Shown: piece after piece, positions 30,297-39,242 of the stretch
How the letters are laid out: every line of letters begins with the position of its first letter
Numbering within the stretch: the first letter of the stretch is position 1
Assembly: GCA_963821325.1 (NCBI GenBank)
Contig: CAWGDC010000006.1
Coordinates: forward strand, 474,060 to 538,059
Reading direction: 5' to 3'
Origin: an uncultured Actinomycetes bacterium
GTDB taxonomy: Bacteria; Actinomycetota; Acidimicrobiia; IMCC26256; PALSA-555
DNA length: 64,000 bases
Notes under the pieces: generated by a model
Seen by the model: only the letters and a program-made list of their open reading frames with translations
The model's database searches: none
What the model was told of the DNA's origin: nothing
Translations under genes and position numbers: made by a program

Positions 30297-31604
30297 TTGA
30301 TCCCCCGGTACGCGCTCGAGCCGATGGCCCGGCTGTTCACCGACGAGGCGCGGTACGCCACCTGGCTCGAGGTCGAGGTCCTCGCCGTCGAGGCCTGGGC
30401 GAAGCTCGGCGTCGTCCCCGCCGCCGACGCCGCCGCGATCCGCGAGCGTGCCGGGTTCGACGTCGCGGCGATCGACGCACGCGAGCGCGTCACCGATCAC
30501 GACACCGCGGCGTTCGTCGACGTCGTCCAGGACCGGGTCGGCGGGCCCGCGGCCCGGTGGATCCATCACGGGCTCACCTCCAGCGACGTGGTCGACACGG
30601 CGCTGTCCGTCACCTTGGTGCGGGCCTGCGACCTGCTCCTCGAGGCGCTCGACGCGCTCGACGCGGTCGTCGCCGAGCGCGCCGAGGCGTTCCGCGACAC
30701 CCCGATCGTCGGCCGGACCCACGGCATCCACGCCGAGCCGACCACCTTCGGTGCCAAGCTCGCGCTCTGGGCGCTGGCGCTGCGCCGTGACCGGCGGCGC
30801 ATCACCGCGGCGCGAGACGGCATCGCGGTCGGGAAGCTGTCCGGCCCCGTGGGCACGTACTCGAACATCGACCCGGCCGTCGAGGCGTTCGTCTGCGAGC
30901 GGCTCGGTCTGCGGCCCGCGCCCGCGACCCAGATCGTGGGCCGCGACCGCCACGCCGCGGTGCTGTACGCGTGCGCGTCGCTCGGCGCCACCGTCGAGTC
31001 GTGTGCCCTCGAGATCCGCCACCTGCAGCGCACCGAGGTCGGTGAGGTCGCGGAGCCGTTCCGCGCCGGCGCCCAGAAGGGGTCGAGCGCCATGCCCCAC
31101 AAGCGCAACCCCGTCAAGGCCGAACAGCTGTGCGGCCTGGCGCGGGTCCTGCGCGCGAACGTGCAGGCCGGCCTCGAGGATGTCGCGCTCTGGCATGAGC
31201 GCGACATCTCCCAGTCGTCCGTGGAGCGGATCGTGCTCCCCGACTCCCTGCAGCTTGCCTACTACGTCACCGTGCGGCTGCGGGACCTCGTCGACGGGCT
31301 CGAGGTGCACGCCGACCGGATGCTCGCCAACCTCGAGTCCTCCTTCGGGCTCGTGTTCAGCCAGGCGCTGCTCCTCGCGCTCGTCGAAGCCGGCTGGTCA
31401 CGCGACGACGCGTACCGGGCGGTGCAGCGCGACGCCACGCTCGCGTGGGACGAGCAGCGGCCCCTCCTCGACGTGGCTCGCGCCGACGCCGAGGTCCGCG
31501 ACGCGCTCGGCGACGAGCGCCTCGCCGTGTGCTTCGACCTCCCGGCCGCGTTGGCGCACGCCGGCCGGGCCGTCGACGCCCTCGCCGATCCCGACACGCC
31601 ATGA
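30297..31604 (+). CDS. purB: adenylosuccinate lyase
   Basis: TTG at 30297, 9 nt after AGGAGG (30282-30287), in the frame of ORF 30207..31604. It has IPRYALEPMARLFTDEARY and SSAMPHKRNP. Confidence 0.95.
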   Translation: MIPRYALEPMARLFTDEARYATWLEVEVLAVEAWAKLGVVPAADAAAIRERAGFDVAAIDARERVTDHDTAAFVDVVQDRVGGPAARWIHHGLTSSDVVDTALSVTLVRACDLLLEALDALDAVVAERAEAFRDTPIVGRTHGIHAEPTTFGAKLALWALALRRDRRRITAARDGIAVGKLSGPVGTYSNIDPAVEAFVCERLGLRPAPATQIVGRDRHAAVLYACASLGATVESCALEIRHLQRTEVGEVAEPFRAGAQKGSSAMPHKRNPVKAEQLCGLARVLRANVQAGLEDVALWHERDISQSSVERIVLPDSLQLAYYVTVRLRDLVDGLEVHADRMLANLESSFGLVFSQALLLALVEAGWSRDDAYRAVQRDATLAWDEQRPLLDVARADAEVRDALGDERLAVCFDLPAALAHAGRAVDALADPDTP

Positions 31605-32491
31605 CGGGCGTCGCGCTCCCGCACCGGTACACGGGCAAGGTGCGCGACCTGTACGCGGTCGACCGCGACCGGATGCTCATGGTCGCCTCCGACCGGATCT
31701 CGGTGTTCGACGTCGTGCTGGCCGACGAGATCCCCGACAAGGGTCGGGCCCTCACCGCGCTGTCCGCCTTCTGGTTCGAGGAGACCGCCGCCCTCGCGCC
31801 GAATCACCTGCTGTCCGCCGACCCGGCCGACTTCCCGGCGAGCGCGGGCGACGCCGTCCGGGGACGGGCGATGCTCGTGCGCGCCGCCGAGCCGATCCGC
31901 CTCGAGTGCATCGCCCGTGGCTACCTGTTCGGCTCGGCGTGGGACGAGTACGACGCGGCCGGCACCGTCTGCGGGCGGCCGCTCCCCGCCGGGCTGCGCC
32001 GCGCCGAGCAGCTCGCCGAGCCGATCTTCACGACCACCACGAAGGCTGCGCCCGGCGCCGGCCACGACGAGCCGCTCACCGACGCGGCCGCGGCCGATCT
32101 CGTCGGCGACACCGTCTTCGAGCGCTGCCGAGACCTCGCGCTCGCCGTGTACCGCCACGCGGCCACGCACGCCGCAACGCACGGGCTGCTGCTCGCCGAC
32201 ACGAAGCTCGAGTTCGGGACCGTCGACGACGCGGTGGTGATCATCGACGAGCTGCTCACGTCGGACTCGTCGCGGTACTGGGACGCCGAGCAGTACACCG
32301 TCGGCGGGTCGCCGTCCTCGTTCGACAAGCAGTACGCCCGCGACTACTACGCGAGCGTCGGGTGGGACCATCGGCCGCCCGCGCCGCCGCTGCCGGCCAC
32401 CGTGATCGACGGCACCCGCGCGCGGTACGTCGAGGCGTACGAGCGACTGACCGGCCGACGTTTCGACGCGTGGCCCGCGCCCGGCGCGTGA
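31601..32491 (+). CDS. purC: phosphoribosylaminoimidazole-succinocarboxamide synthase
   Basis: ATG at 31601 overlaps the purB stop (ATGA). It has YTGKVRDLY...MVASDRISVFD and LADTKLEFG. Confidence 0.95.
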   Translation: MTGVALPHRYTGKVRDLYAVDRDRMLMVASDRISVFDVVLADEIPDKGRALTALSAFWFEETAALAPNHLLSADPADFPASAGDAVRGRAMLVRAAEPIRLECIARGYLFGSAWDEYDAAGTVCGRPLPAGLRRAEQLAEPIFTTTTKAAPGAGHDEPLTDAAAADLVGDTVFERCRDLALAVYRHAATHAATHGLLLADTKLEFGTVDDAVVIIDELLTSDSSRYWDAEQYTVGGSPSSFDKQYARDYYASVGWDHRPPAPPLPATVIDGTRARYVEAYERLTGRRFDAWPAPGA

Positions 32492-32535
32492 CACCGCGCC
32501 GCGGCGTCTCGCGTCACGGCCGGTAGCATCGCCGC

Positions 32536-32799
32536 GTGCGCTTCGAAGCCCGGATCGAGGTGATCCACCGTGCCGGGGTCCTCGATCCGCAGGGCGCGAC
32601 CGTCGAGCGGACGCTGCCCATGCTCGGCTACGACGGGGTGCGTGACGTGCGCATCGGCAAATGCATCCGCCTGACCCTGGACGCCGACGACCGCGCCGCG
32701 GCCCGAGCCGAGGTCGAGGCGATGTGCGAGCGCCTGCTCGTGAACCCGGTCATCGAGGCCTACGAGATCGAGCTGACCGAGCTCGCGCCGGTCAGCTGA
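32536..32799 (+). CDS. purS: phosphoribosylformylglycinamidine synthase subunit PurS
   Basis: ORF 32536..32799, 87 aa, with GVLDPQG and NPVIE. Confidence 0.9.
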   Translation: MRFEARIEVIHRAGVLDPQGATVERTLPMLGYDGVRDVRIGKCIRLTLDADDRAAARAEVEAMCERLLVNPVIEAYEIELTELAPVS

Positions 32800-32801
32800 C
32801 G

Positions 32802-33498
32802 GTGGGCGCCCGAGTCGCCGTCGTCGTGTTCCCGGGGACGAACTGCGAGCTCGACGTCGCCGCCGCGCTCGAGGCCCTCGGCGGCACCCCCGAGCTCGTG
32901 TTCCACACCGAGACTCGCCTGCCGCGGCGTCGACGCCGTCGTCCTCCCCGGCGGCTTCGCCCACGGCGACTACCTGCGCGCCGGCGCGATCGCCCGCTTC
33001 TCGCCGATCATGGCCGCGGTCGCCGAGCACGCCGCGGCCGGCGGGCCGCTCGTGGGCATCTGCAACGGCTTCCAGATCCTCACCGAGGCCGGGCTGCTGC
33101 CGGGTGCCCTGCAGCAGAACACCGGCCTGAAGTTCCTCTGCCGCACCGTCGAGTGCCGCGTCGAGAGCACGCGCTCCGCGCTGACCCGCGGCGCGCCCGC
33201 CGGCGCGGTGCTGCGCCTCCCGATCAACCACTTCGAGGGCGCCTACCGCTGCGACGCGCCCACCCTCGAGCGGCTGCGCGCCGAGGACCGCGTGGTGCTC
33301 CGCTACGTCGACAACCCCAACGGCAGCCTCGACGCCATCGCCGGTGTGACCAACGACGCGGGCAACGTCGTGGGGCTCATGCCCCATCCCGAGCGGGCAT
33401 CCGACGCGCTGCTCGGCTCGACCGACGGCATCGTGCTCCTCGAATCGCTGCTCGACGCGCGCGACCGCTGCGCCGGTGTGATCAGGCGCCCCGGCTGA
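32802..33498 (+). CDS. purQ: phosphoribosylformylglycinamidine synthase subunit PurQ (apparent frameshift near 32920)
   Basis: GTG at 32802 opens VAVVVFPGTNCELDVAAALEALGG. After HTETRL the frame switches to GVDAVVLPGGFAHGDYLRAGAIA...GICNGFQIL...MPHPER (ORF 33010..33498). The span is 697 nt. Confidence 0.9.
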
Positions 33499-33872
33499 TC
33501 CCCGCCGCGACCCAGCACGTCGGCGGGCACGCCCATCTCGCGCCACGTGGCGTACGCGATCCCCTTGCGCTCGCCGTACGCCTTCGCCACCTTCACGAAC
33601 CCCGCCTCGAGGGTGGCCAGGTCCGCGGCGGGTCCCGACTTGGCTTCGAGCTCGGCCTCCAGATCACGACGCTCCTGCAGCAGCTGCAGCCGCTGCAGCG
33701 ACGCCGCGTCGGCCAGCTCGGCGGCCAGGGCCTCGAGCCGTCGGCGGATCGACTCCGCCGTCCGGGGCCGGCCCCGACGGGGACGCTGCTGCTCCAGGCC
33801 GTCGAGGTACGCCTTCACCGCCCGGCCCTCGGCGCGGCCCGCGGCCATCGCCTCTTTGTGCTCACTCGTCAT
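33303..33872 (-). CDS. hypothetical coiled-coil protein (C-terminus uncertain; possible frameshift near 33515)
   Basis: ATG at 33872 inside ORF 33303..33887(-). It reads MTSEHKEAMAAGRAEGRAVKAYLDGLEQQ...AKAYGERKGIAYATWREMGVPADVL. As written it runs 196 nt into purQ. A 1-nt shift would give ...AAGISRGA* ending at 33482. Confidence 0.5.
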   Translation of the reverse strand: MTSEHKEAMAAGRAEGRAVKAYLDGLEQQRPRRGRPRTAESIRRRLEALAAELADAASLQRLQLLQERRDLEAELEAKSGPAADLATLEAGFVKVAKAYGERKGIAYATWREMGVPADVLGRGGDQPGRLITPAQRSRASSSDSRSTMPSVEPSSASDARSGWGMSPTTLPASLVTPAMASRLPLGLST

Positions 33873-33968
33873 CGGCCTGGGTGCCATTGGTCGTCCTCAG
33901 CGCTCGTCCATTTCCCCAATTCTTGCACCCGGCATTTGCAAAAATCGAGTCGTCGGTAGGCTCGCCAC

Positions 33969-36196
33969 GTGCTGAGCACGGAGCCGCTGCACCGGGCGCT
34001 CGGCCTCACCGACGAGGAGCTGGCGGCCATCGTCGAGCTCCTGGGGCGGGACCCGTCCGAGCTCGAGCTCGCCATGTACGCCGTGCTGTGGTCCGAGCAC
34101 TGCTCGTATAAGTCCTCGAAGGTGCACCTCCGCCGACTGGCGAGCGACGCCCCCTGGGTGCTCGTCGGACCCGGGGAGGGCGCCGGCGTGATCGACGTCG
34201 GCGACGGGCTGGCCGTCGCCGTGCGGATCGAGAGCCACAACCACCCGTCGGCCGTCGAGCCCTACCAGGGGGCCGCCACCGGCGTCGGCGGCATCATCCG
34301 CGATGTCTTCTCCATGGGCGCCCGACCGATCGCGCTGATGGACCCGCTGTGCTTCGGGCCGCTCGATCAGCCCCGCAGCCGGTACCTCTGCGAGCAGGTC
34401 GTCGCCGGCATCAGCGGCTACGGCAACGCCGTCGGGGTCCCCACCGTCGGCGGGGAGCTCACCGTCGACGGGTGCTACGCCGGCAACCCGATCGTCAACG
34501 TGCTCTGCCTCGGCATCGCGCCCCACGAGCGGCTCGTCCAAGCGCGCGCCGGCGCCGCGGGGAACCTCGCCGTGCTCCTCGGCTCCTCCACCGGCCGGGA
34601 CGGCATCGGCGGTGCGAGCGTCCTCGCCTCCGCCGGGTTCGCCGCCGACTCCGACGAGAAGCGCCCCGCCGTCCAGGTCGGCGACCCGTTCGAGGAGAAG
34701 CGGCTCATCGAGACGTGCCTGGCGCTCCTCGACGCCGGGCTCGCCGTCGGGATCCAAGACCTCGGGGCCGGTGGGCTGTCGTGCGCCGCGTCGGAGATCG
34801 CCGCGAAGAGCGGCCTCGGCATGGACGTCGACCTCGCCCGGGTCGCCCGGCGCGAGCCGCACATGACGCCCGTCGAGGTCATGACCTCCGAGAGCCAGGA
34901 GCGCATGCTCGCCGTCGTCGAGCCGCGCCACCTCGACGCGATCGTCGCCATCTGCGACCGGTGGGACGTCCGCGCCACGGTCGTGGGACACGTGACCGAC
35001 CGCGGACGCTTCCGGGTCGTCGACGGCGCGTTCGACGGCGGGCCCGACGAGGCGCTCGCCGACGTGCCCGCCGCCAGCCTCGGTGACGGGCCCGTGTACA
35101 CGCGGCCCCTCGCCCGCCCCGACACCCAGGACGGACTGAACGACGCCGACCCGTGGCCGAGCCTGCACGGCGCGTACCCCGACGGCGCCGACCTCGGCCC
35201 CGAGCTGCTCGCCCTGCTCGCCAGCCCGAGCATCGCCGACAAGTCCTGGGTCTTCGGCCAGTACGACCACCAGCTGTTCCTGAACACCGTCGTCGGACCC
35301 GGCGGTGACGCCACCGTGCTGCGCCTCCCCGGCACCCGGCGCGCGCTCGCGCTGAGCACCGACGGGTCGGCCCGCTTCTGTCGTCTCGACCCGCGCGTCG
35401 GTGGACGGCTGGCCGTGCTCGAGGCCGCCCGCAACGTGGCGTGCGTCGGCGCCATTCCCCGCGCCGTCGTCAACTGCCTCAACTTCGGCAACCCGGAGCA
35501 CCCCACGGTGATGTGGCAGTTCAGCGAGGTCGTCGACGGGATCCGCGACGCGTGCCAGGCGCTCGCGTCCCCGTCATCGGCGGCAACGTCAGCTTCTACA
35601 ACGAGTCCCACGGCGCGGACATCGACCCGACCCCCGTGATCGGCGTCCTCGGGCTGCTCGAGCCGCTCGACACCGTGCCGCCCCCCGCCGCGCTCGGCCC
35701 CGGGCAGGCCGTCGTGCTCCTCGGTGCCACCACGCCCGAGCTGGGCGGCTCGGCGTGGGCCACCCGCCACCAGCTCGGCGGCGGACGACCACCCGCCGCC
35801 GACCTCGACGCCGCGGTCGCGGTGCATGACCTCGTGCGCGGCCTCGTCGCCGACCGGTCGGTGCGGGGGGTGCACGACTGCGCCGACGGTGGCCTCGCCG
35901 TCGCCCTCGCCGAGATGGCGATCCACGGAGCGTGCGGGTGCACCGTCACGCCGTCGGCGACCCACCCGGCCGCCGTCGGGTGCTTCTCGGAGTCGGCGTC
36001 GCGGGTCCTGGTGACCGTCGACCCCCCTACCCTCGACGCGTTGCTCGAGCGGGCGGCCGCCGCCGGGGTCGCTGCCGCCGAGCTCGGCTCGGCCGGCGGC
36101 CGCCGCGTCCACGTCGACGGCGCCCTCGACCTCGACGTCGACGACCTGACCCGTGCGTGGCGCGACAGCCTCCCGGCGACGCTCGAGCAGCCCTGA
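33969..36196 (+). CDS. purL: phosphoribosylformylglycinamidine synthase subunit PurL (apparent 1-nt deletion near 35565)
   Basis: ORF 33969..35639 (EHCSYKSSK, ESHNHPS, GGIIRD) continues after ACQAL in ORF 35441..36196 (VPVIGGNVSFYNE...). The span is 2228 nt. Confidence 0.93.
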
Positions 36197-36214
36197 CGCG
36201 CCGCCGCGCCCGGC

Positions 36215-38926
36215 TCAGGACTGATGCAGGTAGACGCGACGCTCGTCGCTCGTCAGCGTGCGCACCACGCGGCTCCGGGCGAGCCGCAGCGTCGCGTCGA
36301 TCGGACCGCACTCGAGACAGTGCCAGATCCGCACGGTGCCGTCGCTCGTCGCCGTCGCGAACCGGGTGCCGTCCGGGCTGAACGCCACCGAGGTGACCCG
36401 TGCCGGCTGGCGGAACACGACCGGCGGTGTTCCGGGATCGCGCCAGTCCCACAGCGAGGCGGTTCCGTCGCTGCTCCCGGTGAGGAGCTGGCGGCCGTCA
36501 CGGCTGAACGCCACGCTGTTCAGCGCGTCGGTCTGACGCAGGACGACCGGCGCGGCGTGCGAGTTCCGCAGGTCGTAGACCTGCGCGGTGCCGTCGATGC
36601 TGGCGGTCGCGAGGCGTGCCCCGTCCGGGCTGAAGGCGACGCCCTCGATCGCGCCGCTCTGATAGAGGAAGATCGGCGTGGCGCGCGGGTGCTGCCAGTC
36701 CCACACCCCGGCTGAGGCGTCGAGGCTCGCGGTCCCCAGCCGGGTGCCGCGACGGTTGAACGTGACGCCGACCAAGTCGTCGGTATGACCCGTGAGCACG
36801 ATCGGGGCACGCGCGGGCTGGCGCAGGTCCCAGACCCGTGCGTCGTCGTCGGATCCGGCGGTGGCGAGGTCGTGGCCGTCGGGGCTGAACGCCACGGCGT
36901 ACACGGGTCCCGGCTGCGCGAGCAGGAGAGGCGCGGTCGCGGGGTGGCGCCAGTCCCAGACCGCGGCGAGGCCGTCGATGCTGCCCGTCGCCAGGCGCGT
37001 CCCGTCGGGGCTGAACGCCACCCCGAACACGGTGCCACCCTTCGCGCCGACCACCACGGGGGGCGCGGCCGGGTTGCGCGAGTCCCAGACCGACGCCGTC
37101 CCGTCGAAGTTGGCGCTAGCCACGTGAACGCCGTCCGGGCCGAACGCGACGCTGTTCACCGGCCCGCCGGTCGCCGGCAGCGTCACCGGGTCGGTGTCCG
37201 GTCGTGACCGGTCCCAGACCCGCACCGTCTGGTCCGCGCTCGCGGTCGCGATCTCGGTGCCGTCCGGGCTGCACGCGATGCCCAGGACGGCGTCGGTGTG
37301 GCCGAGCAGCGGCGTCGGGTCGAGTGTCGGGTGGCGCCAATCCCAGAGCTGGGCGACGCGGTCGCTGGCGGCGACGGCCAACGTGTCGTCACGGGTGAAG
37401 GCCACACCGGTCGCGGGGCTCGTCAGGTGGAGCACCACCGGTGGCTGGCCGGGCTGCTGCCACGTCCAGACCGACGCGGTCCCGTCCGCCCCCGCGGTCG
37501 CGACGTGGGCACCGTCCGGGCTGAACGCGACGCCGGCGAGCGCCGCGGTGCTCGGCAGGCTCGTCGGCGTGACCTCGGGAGACCGCCAGCTCCACACGGT
37601 CGCCGTGCCGCCGCTGCCGCTCACGGCGATCTCGTTGCCGTCGGGGCTGAATGCCACCCCCGTGAGACCACTGCCCAGCCGAAGGGCGGTCGGCGGCGTG
37701 CCGGGATGCGCCCAGTCCCACACCGACGCGGTCCCATCCGTGCTCGACGTCGCGAGGAAGCGGCCGTCGGGGCTGAACGCCACCCCGGTGACCGCCCCGC
37801 CGGGCCGGAGCACGGTCGGTGCGCCCGTCGGGTGCCGCCAGTCCCACACCCGCGCGGTGCCGTCGGCTCCGGCGGTGGCGAGCTTCGAGCCGCTGGGGTC
37901 GAACGCGACGGCGTTGACCCCGTTGGTGATTGCCGTGAGCACGACGGGCTTCGCGCTCGGGTGATGCCAGTCCCAGATCCGGGCGGTCCCGTCCGCGCTT
38001 CCGCTGGCGAGATGTGCGCCGTCGGGGCTGAACGCGACGGCGCGGACGATGTCGGTGTGCCCGGTGAGGACCGCCCGCTCGCGGTTCTCGAGGGTCGCCT
38101 GGCGCACGGCGGCCTGCGCCTCGACGGTCGGGCGGGTGTCGTCGGCCTGGAGCGCCAAGAGGAGGCTGAGCTGCGGGTCGGCGTTCAGCTGCGCGTTGGC
38201 GCTCGCCGCCAGCTCCCGTGAGAGCGCGACCTGGGCGGTGTTGTGCGCGTGGACGGCTTGGACCACGGCGACGACGGCCAGCGCGGCGATGAGCACCGTC
38301 GCGGTCAACGCGGCCGCCACGACTCGTCGCAGCCGGCCGGTCGCGGACTGGCGGCTCACCAGCACGAACCGTCGCTGCGCCGACGTCGGCGCGGGACGGT
38401 GGTCGGCGTGGAGCTGCAACGCGGCTTCGGCGTCGCTCAAGTCGGAGCCGCGCAGCACGAGGCTGCGGTCCTCGCCCTTCGTCTCCCACTCCAGGGCCCG
38501 CACGAGGAGCCGGGTGTGGGTCTTCACCCATTCGAGGTCCGTGTCGAGGGCCTCGACGATCCGGGGGAGGCTGTTCTCGCGCTCCCGCTTCGTCCGGCAG
38601 AACACCCAGTTGTGCGATGCGACGGCCGGGGGGAGCCGGCGCTCGCCCGGGCTGCGCACCAGCAGCGGGATGATCCGCTTGTTCAGCTCGACCGCGTGGG
38701 CGAGCTCCTCTCGGCAGACCGGCGAGTCCAACGAGTGCGGGGTGATCACGAACACGAAGGCGCCGGAGCCCTCGATCGCGCCGTGCACCTCGTCTCGCCA
38801 CTCCGCGCTCGGGGGGATCCCCTCCCAGTCGACCCACACGTCGCGGGTCTGGCTCGTGAGCACGTCGACCAGCCAACGCACGAATTGCTGGTCCTCGCGG
38901 GCGTACGAGACGAAGACGTCGCTCAC
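36215..38926 (-). CDS. TIR domain - single TM helix - 14x WD40 repeat protein
   Basis: ORF 36215..39379(-). GTG at 38926 is chosen as start (GGAG 8 nt upstream; the upstream 151 aa are Arg/Pro/Gly junk). The TIR domain is about 38654-38920 (VFVSYAREDQQF...FVFVITPHSLDSPVCREELAHAVELNKRIIPLLV). The TM helix is about 38252-38323. Fourteen WD40 units span 36317-38068. The C-terminal tail reads CLECGP...RTLTSDERRVYL. Confidence 0.85.
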   Translation of the reverse strand: MSDVFVSYAREDQQFVRWLVDVLTSQTRDVWVDWEGIPPSAEWRDEVHGAIEGSGAFVFVITPHSLDSPVCREELAHAVELNKRIIPLLVRSPGERRLPPAVASHNWVFCRTKRERENSLPRIVEALDTDLEWVKTHTRLLVRALEWETKGEDRSLVLRGSDLSDAEAALQLHADHRPAPTSAQRRFVLVSRQSATGRLRRVVAAALTATVLIAALAVVAVVQAVHAHNTAQVALSRELAASANAQLNADPQLSLLLALQADDTRPTVEAQAAVRQATLENRERAVLTGHTDIVRAVAFSPDGAHLASGSADGTARIWDWHHPSAKPVVLTAITNGVNAVAFDPSGSKLATAGADGTARVWDWRHPTGAPTVLRPGGAVTGVAFSPDGRFLATSSTDGTASVWDWAHPGTPPTALRLGSGLTGVAFSPDGNEIAVSGSGGTATVWSWRSPEVTPTSLPSTAALAGVAFSPDGAHVATAGADGTASVWTWQQPGQPPVVLHLTSPATGVAFTRDDTLAVAASDRVAQLWDWRHPTLDPTPLLGHTDAVLGIACSPDGTEIATASADQTVRVWDRSRPDTDPVTLPATGGPVNSVAFGPDGVHVASANFDGTASVWDSRNPAAPPVVVGAKGGTVFGVAFSPDGTRLATGSIDGLAAVWDWRHPATAPLLLAQPGPVYAVAFSPDGHDLATAGSDDDARVWDLRQPARAPIVLTGHTDDLVGVTFNRRGTRLGTASLDASAGVWDWQHPRATPIFLYQSGAIEGVAFSPDGARLATASIDGTAQVYDLRNSHAAPVVLRQTDALNSVAFSRDGRQLLTGSSDGTASLWDWRDPGTPPVVFRQPARVTSVAFSPDGTRFATATSDGTVRIWHCLECGPIDATLRLARSRVVRTLTSDERRVYLHQS
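36317..38068 (-). repeat. intragenic tandem array of 14 WD40-coding units (126-129 nt period)
   Basis: Seen in translation: VAFSPDG is exact in 8 of 14 units, and DGTA..W.W-like strands occur in most units. Confidence 0.85.
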
Positions 38927-39242
38927 CCGCGCCGCTCCCGCGACCCAGAGCGAGGGATCGGCACGCGAGCCGGCGGTGCCTGACGCGCGGTGCTCGACGC
39001 CCACGACGACCGCGGGACGTCTCCCCGTGCCTCCCTGCCCACGGCGACCATCTTGGTCGGCGCCGCCGCGCGCCGGCCCGCAGGTGGTTGTCTCGTCGGT
39101 GGGCGTGCGGGAGACTGCGCCCGGCACGAGGGCCGGGCGGCACGGCGGGCGGCGTCGTCCGCCTCGACGTGGGACCGTCGCCGGGGTGGCGGCGGCCGCG
39201 GGGCGCGGCCGAGCAGCAGGTCGGTGGGGGAGCGAGGCCACG

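Noticed and set aside
36317-38068. The regular periodicity of about 126-129 nt could be mistaken for a CRISPR-like or satellite array.
   Set aside because: The units are contiguous, have no spacers, sit in one long ORF and translate to WD40 blades. This is a protein repeat, not a CRISPR array.
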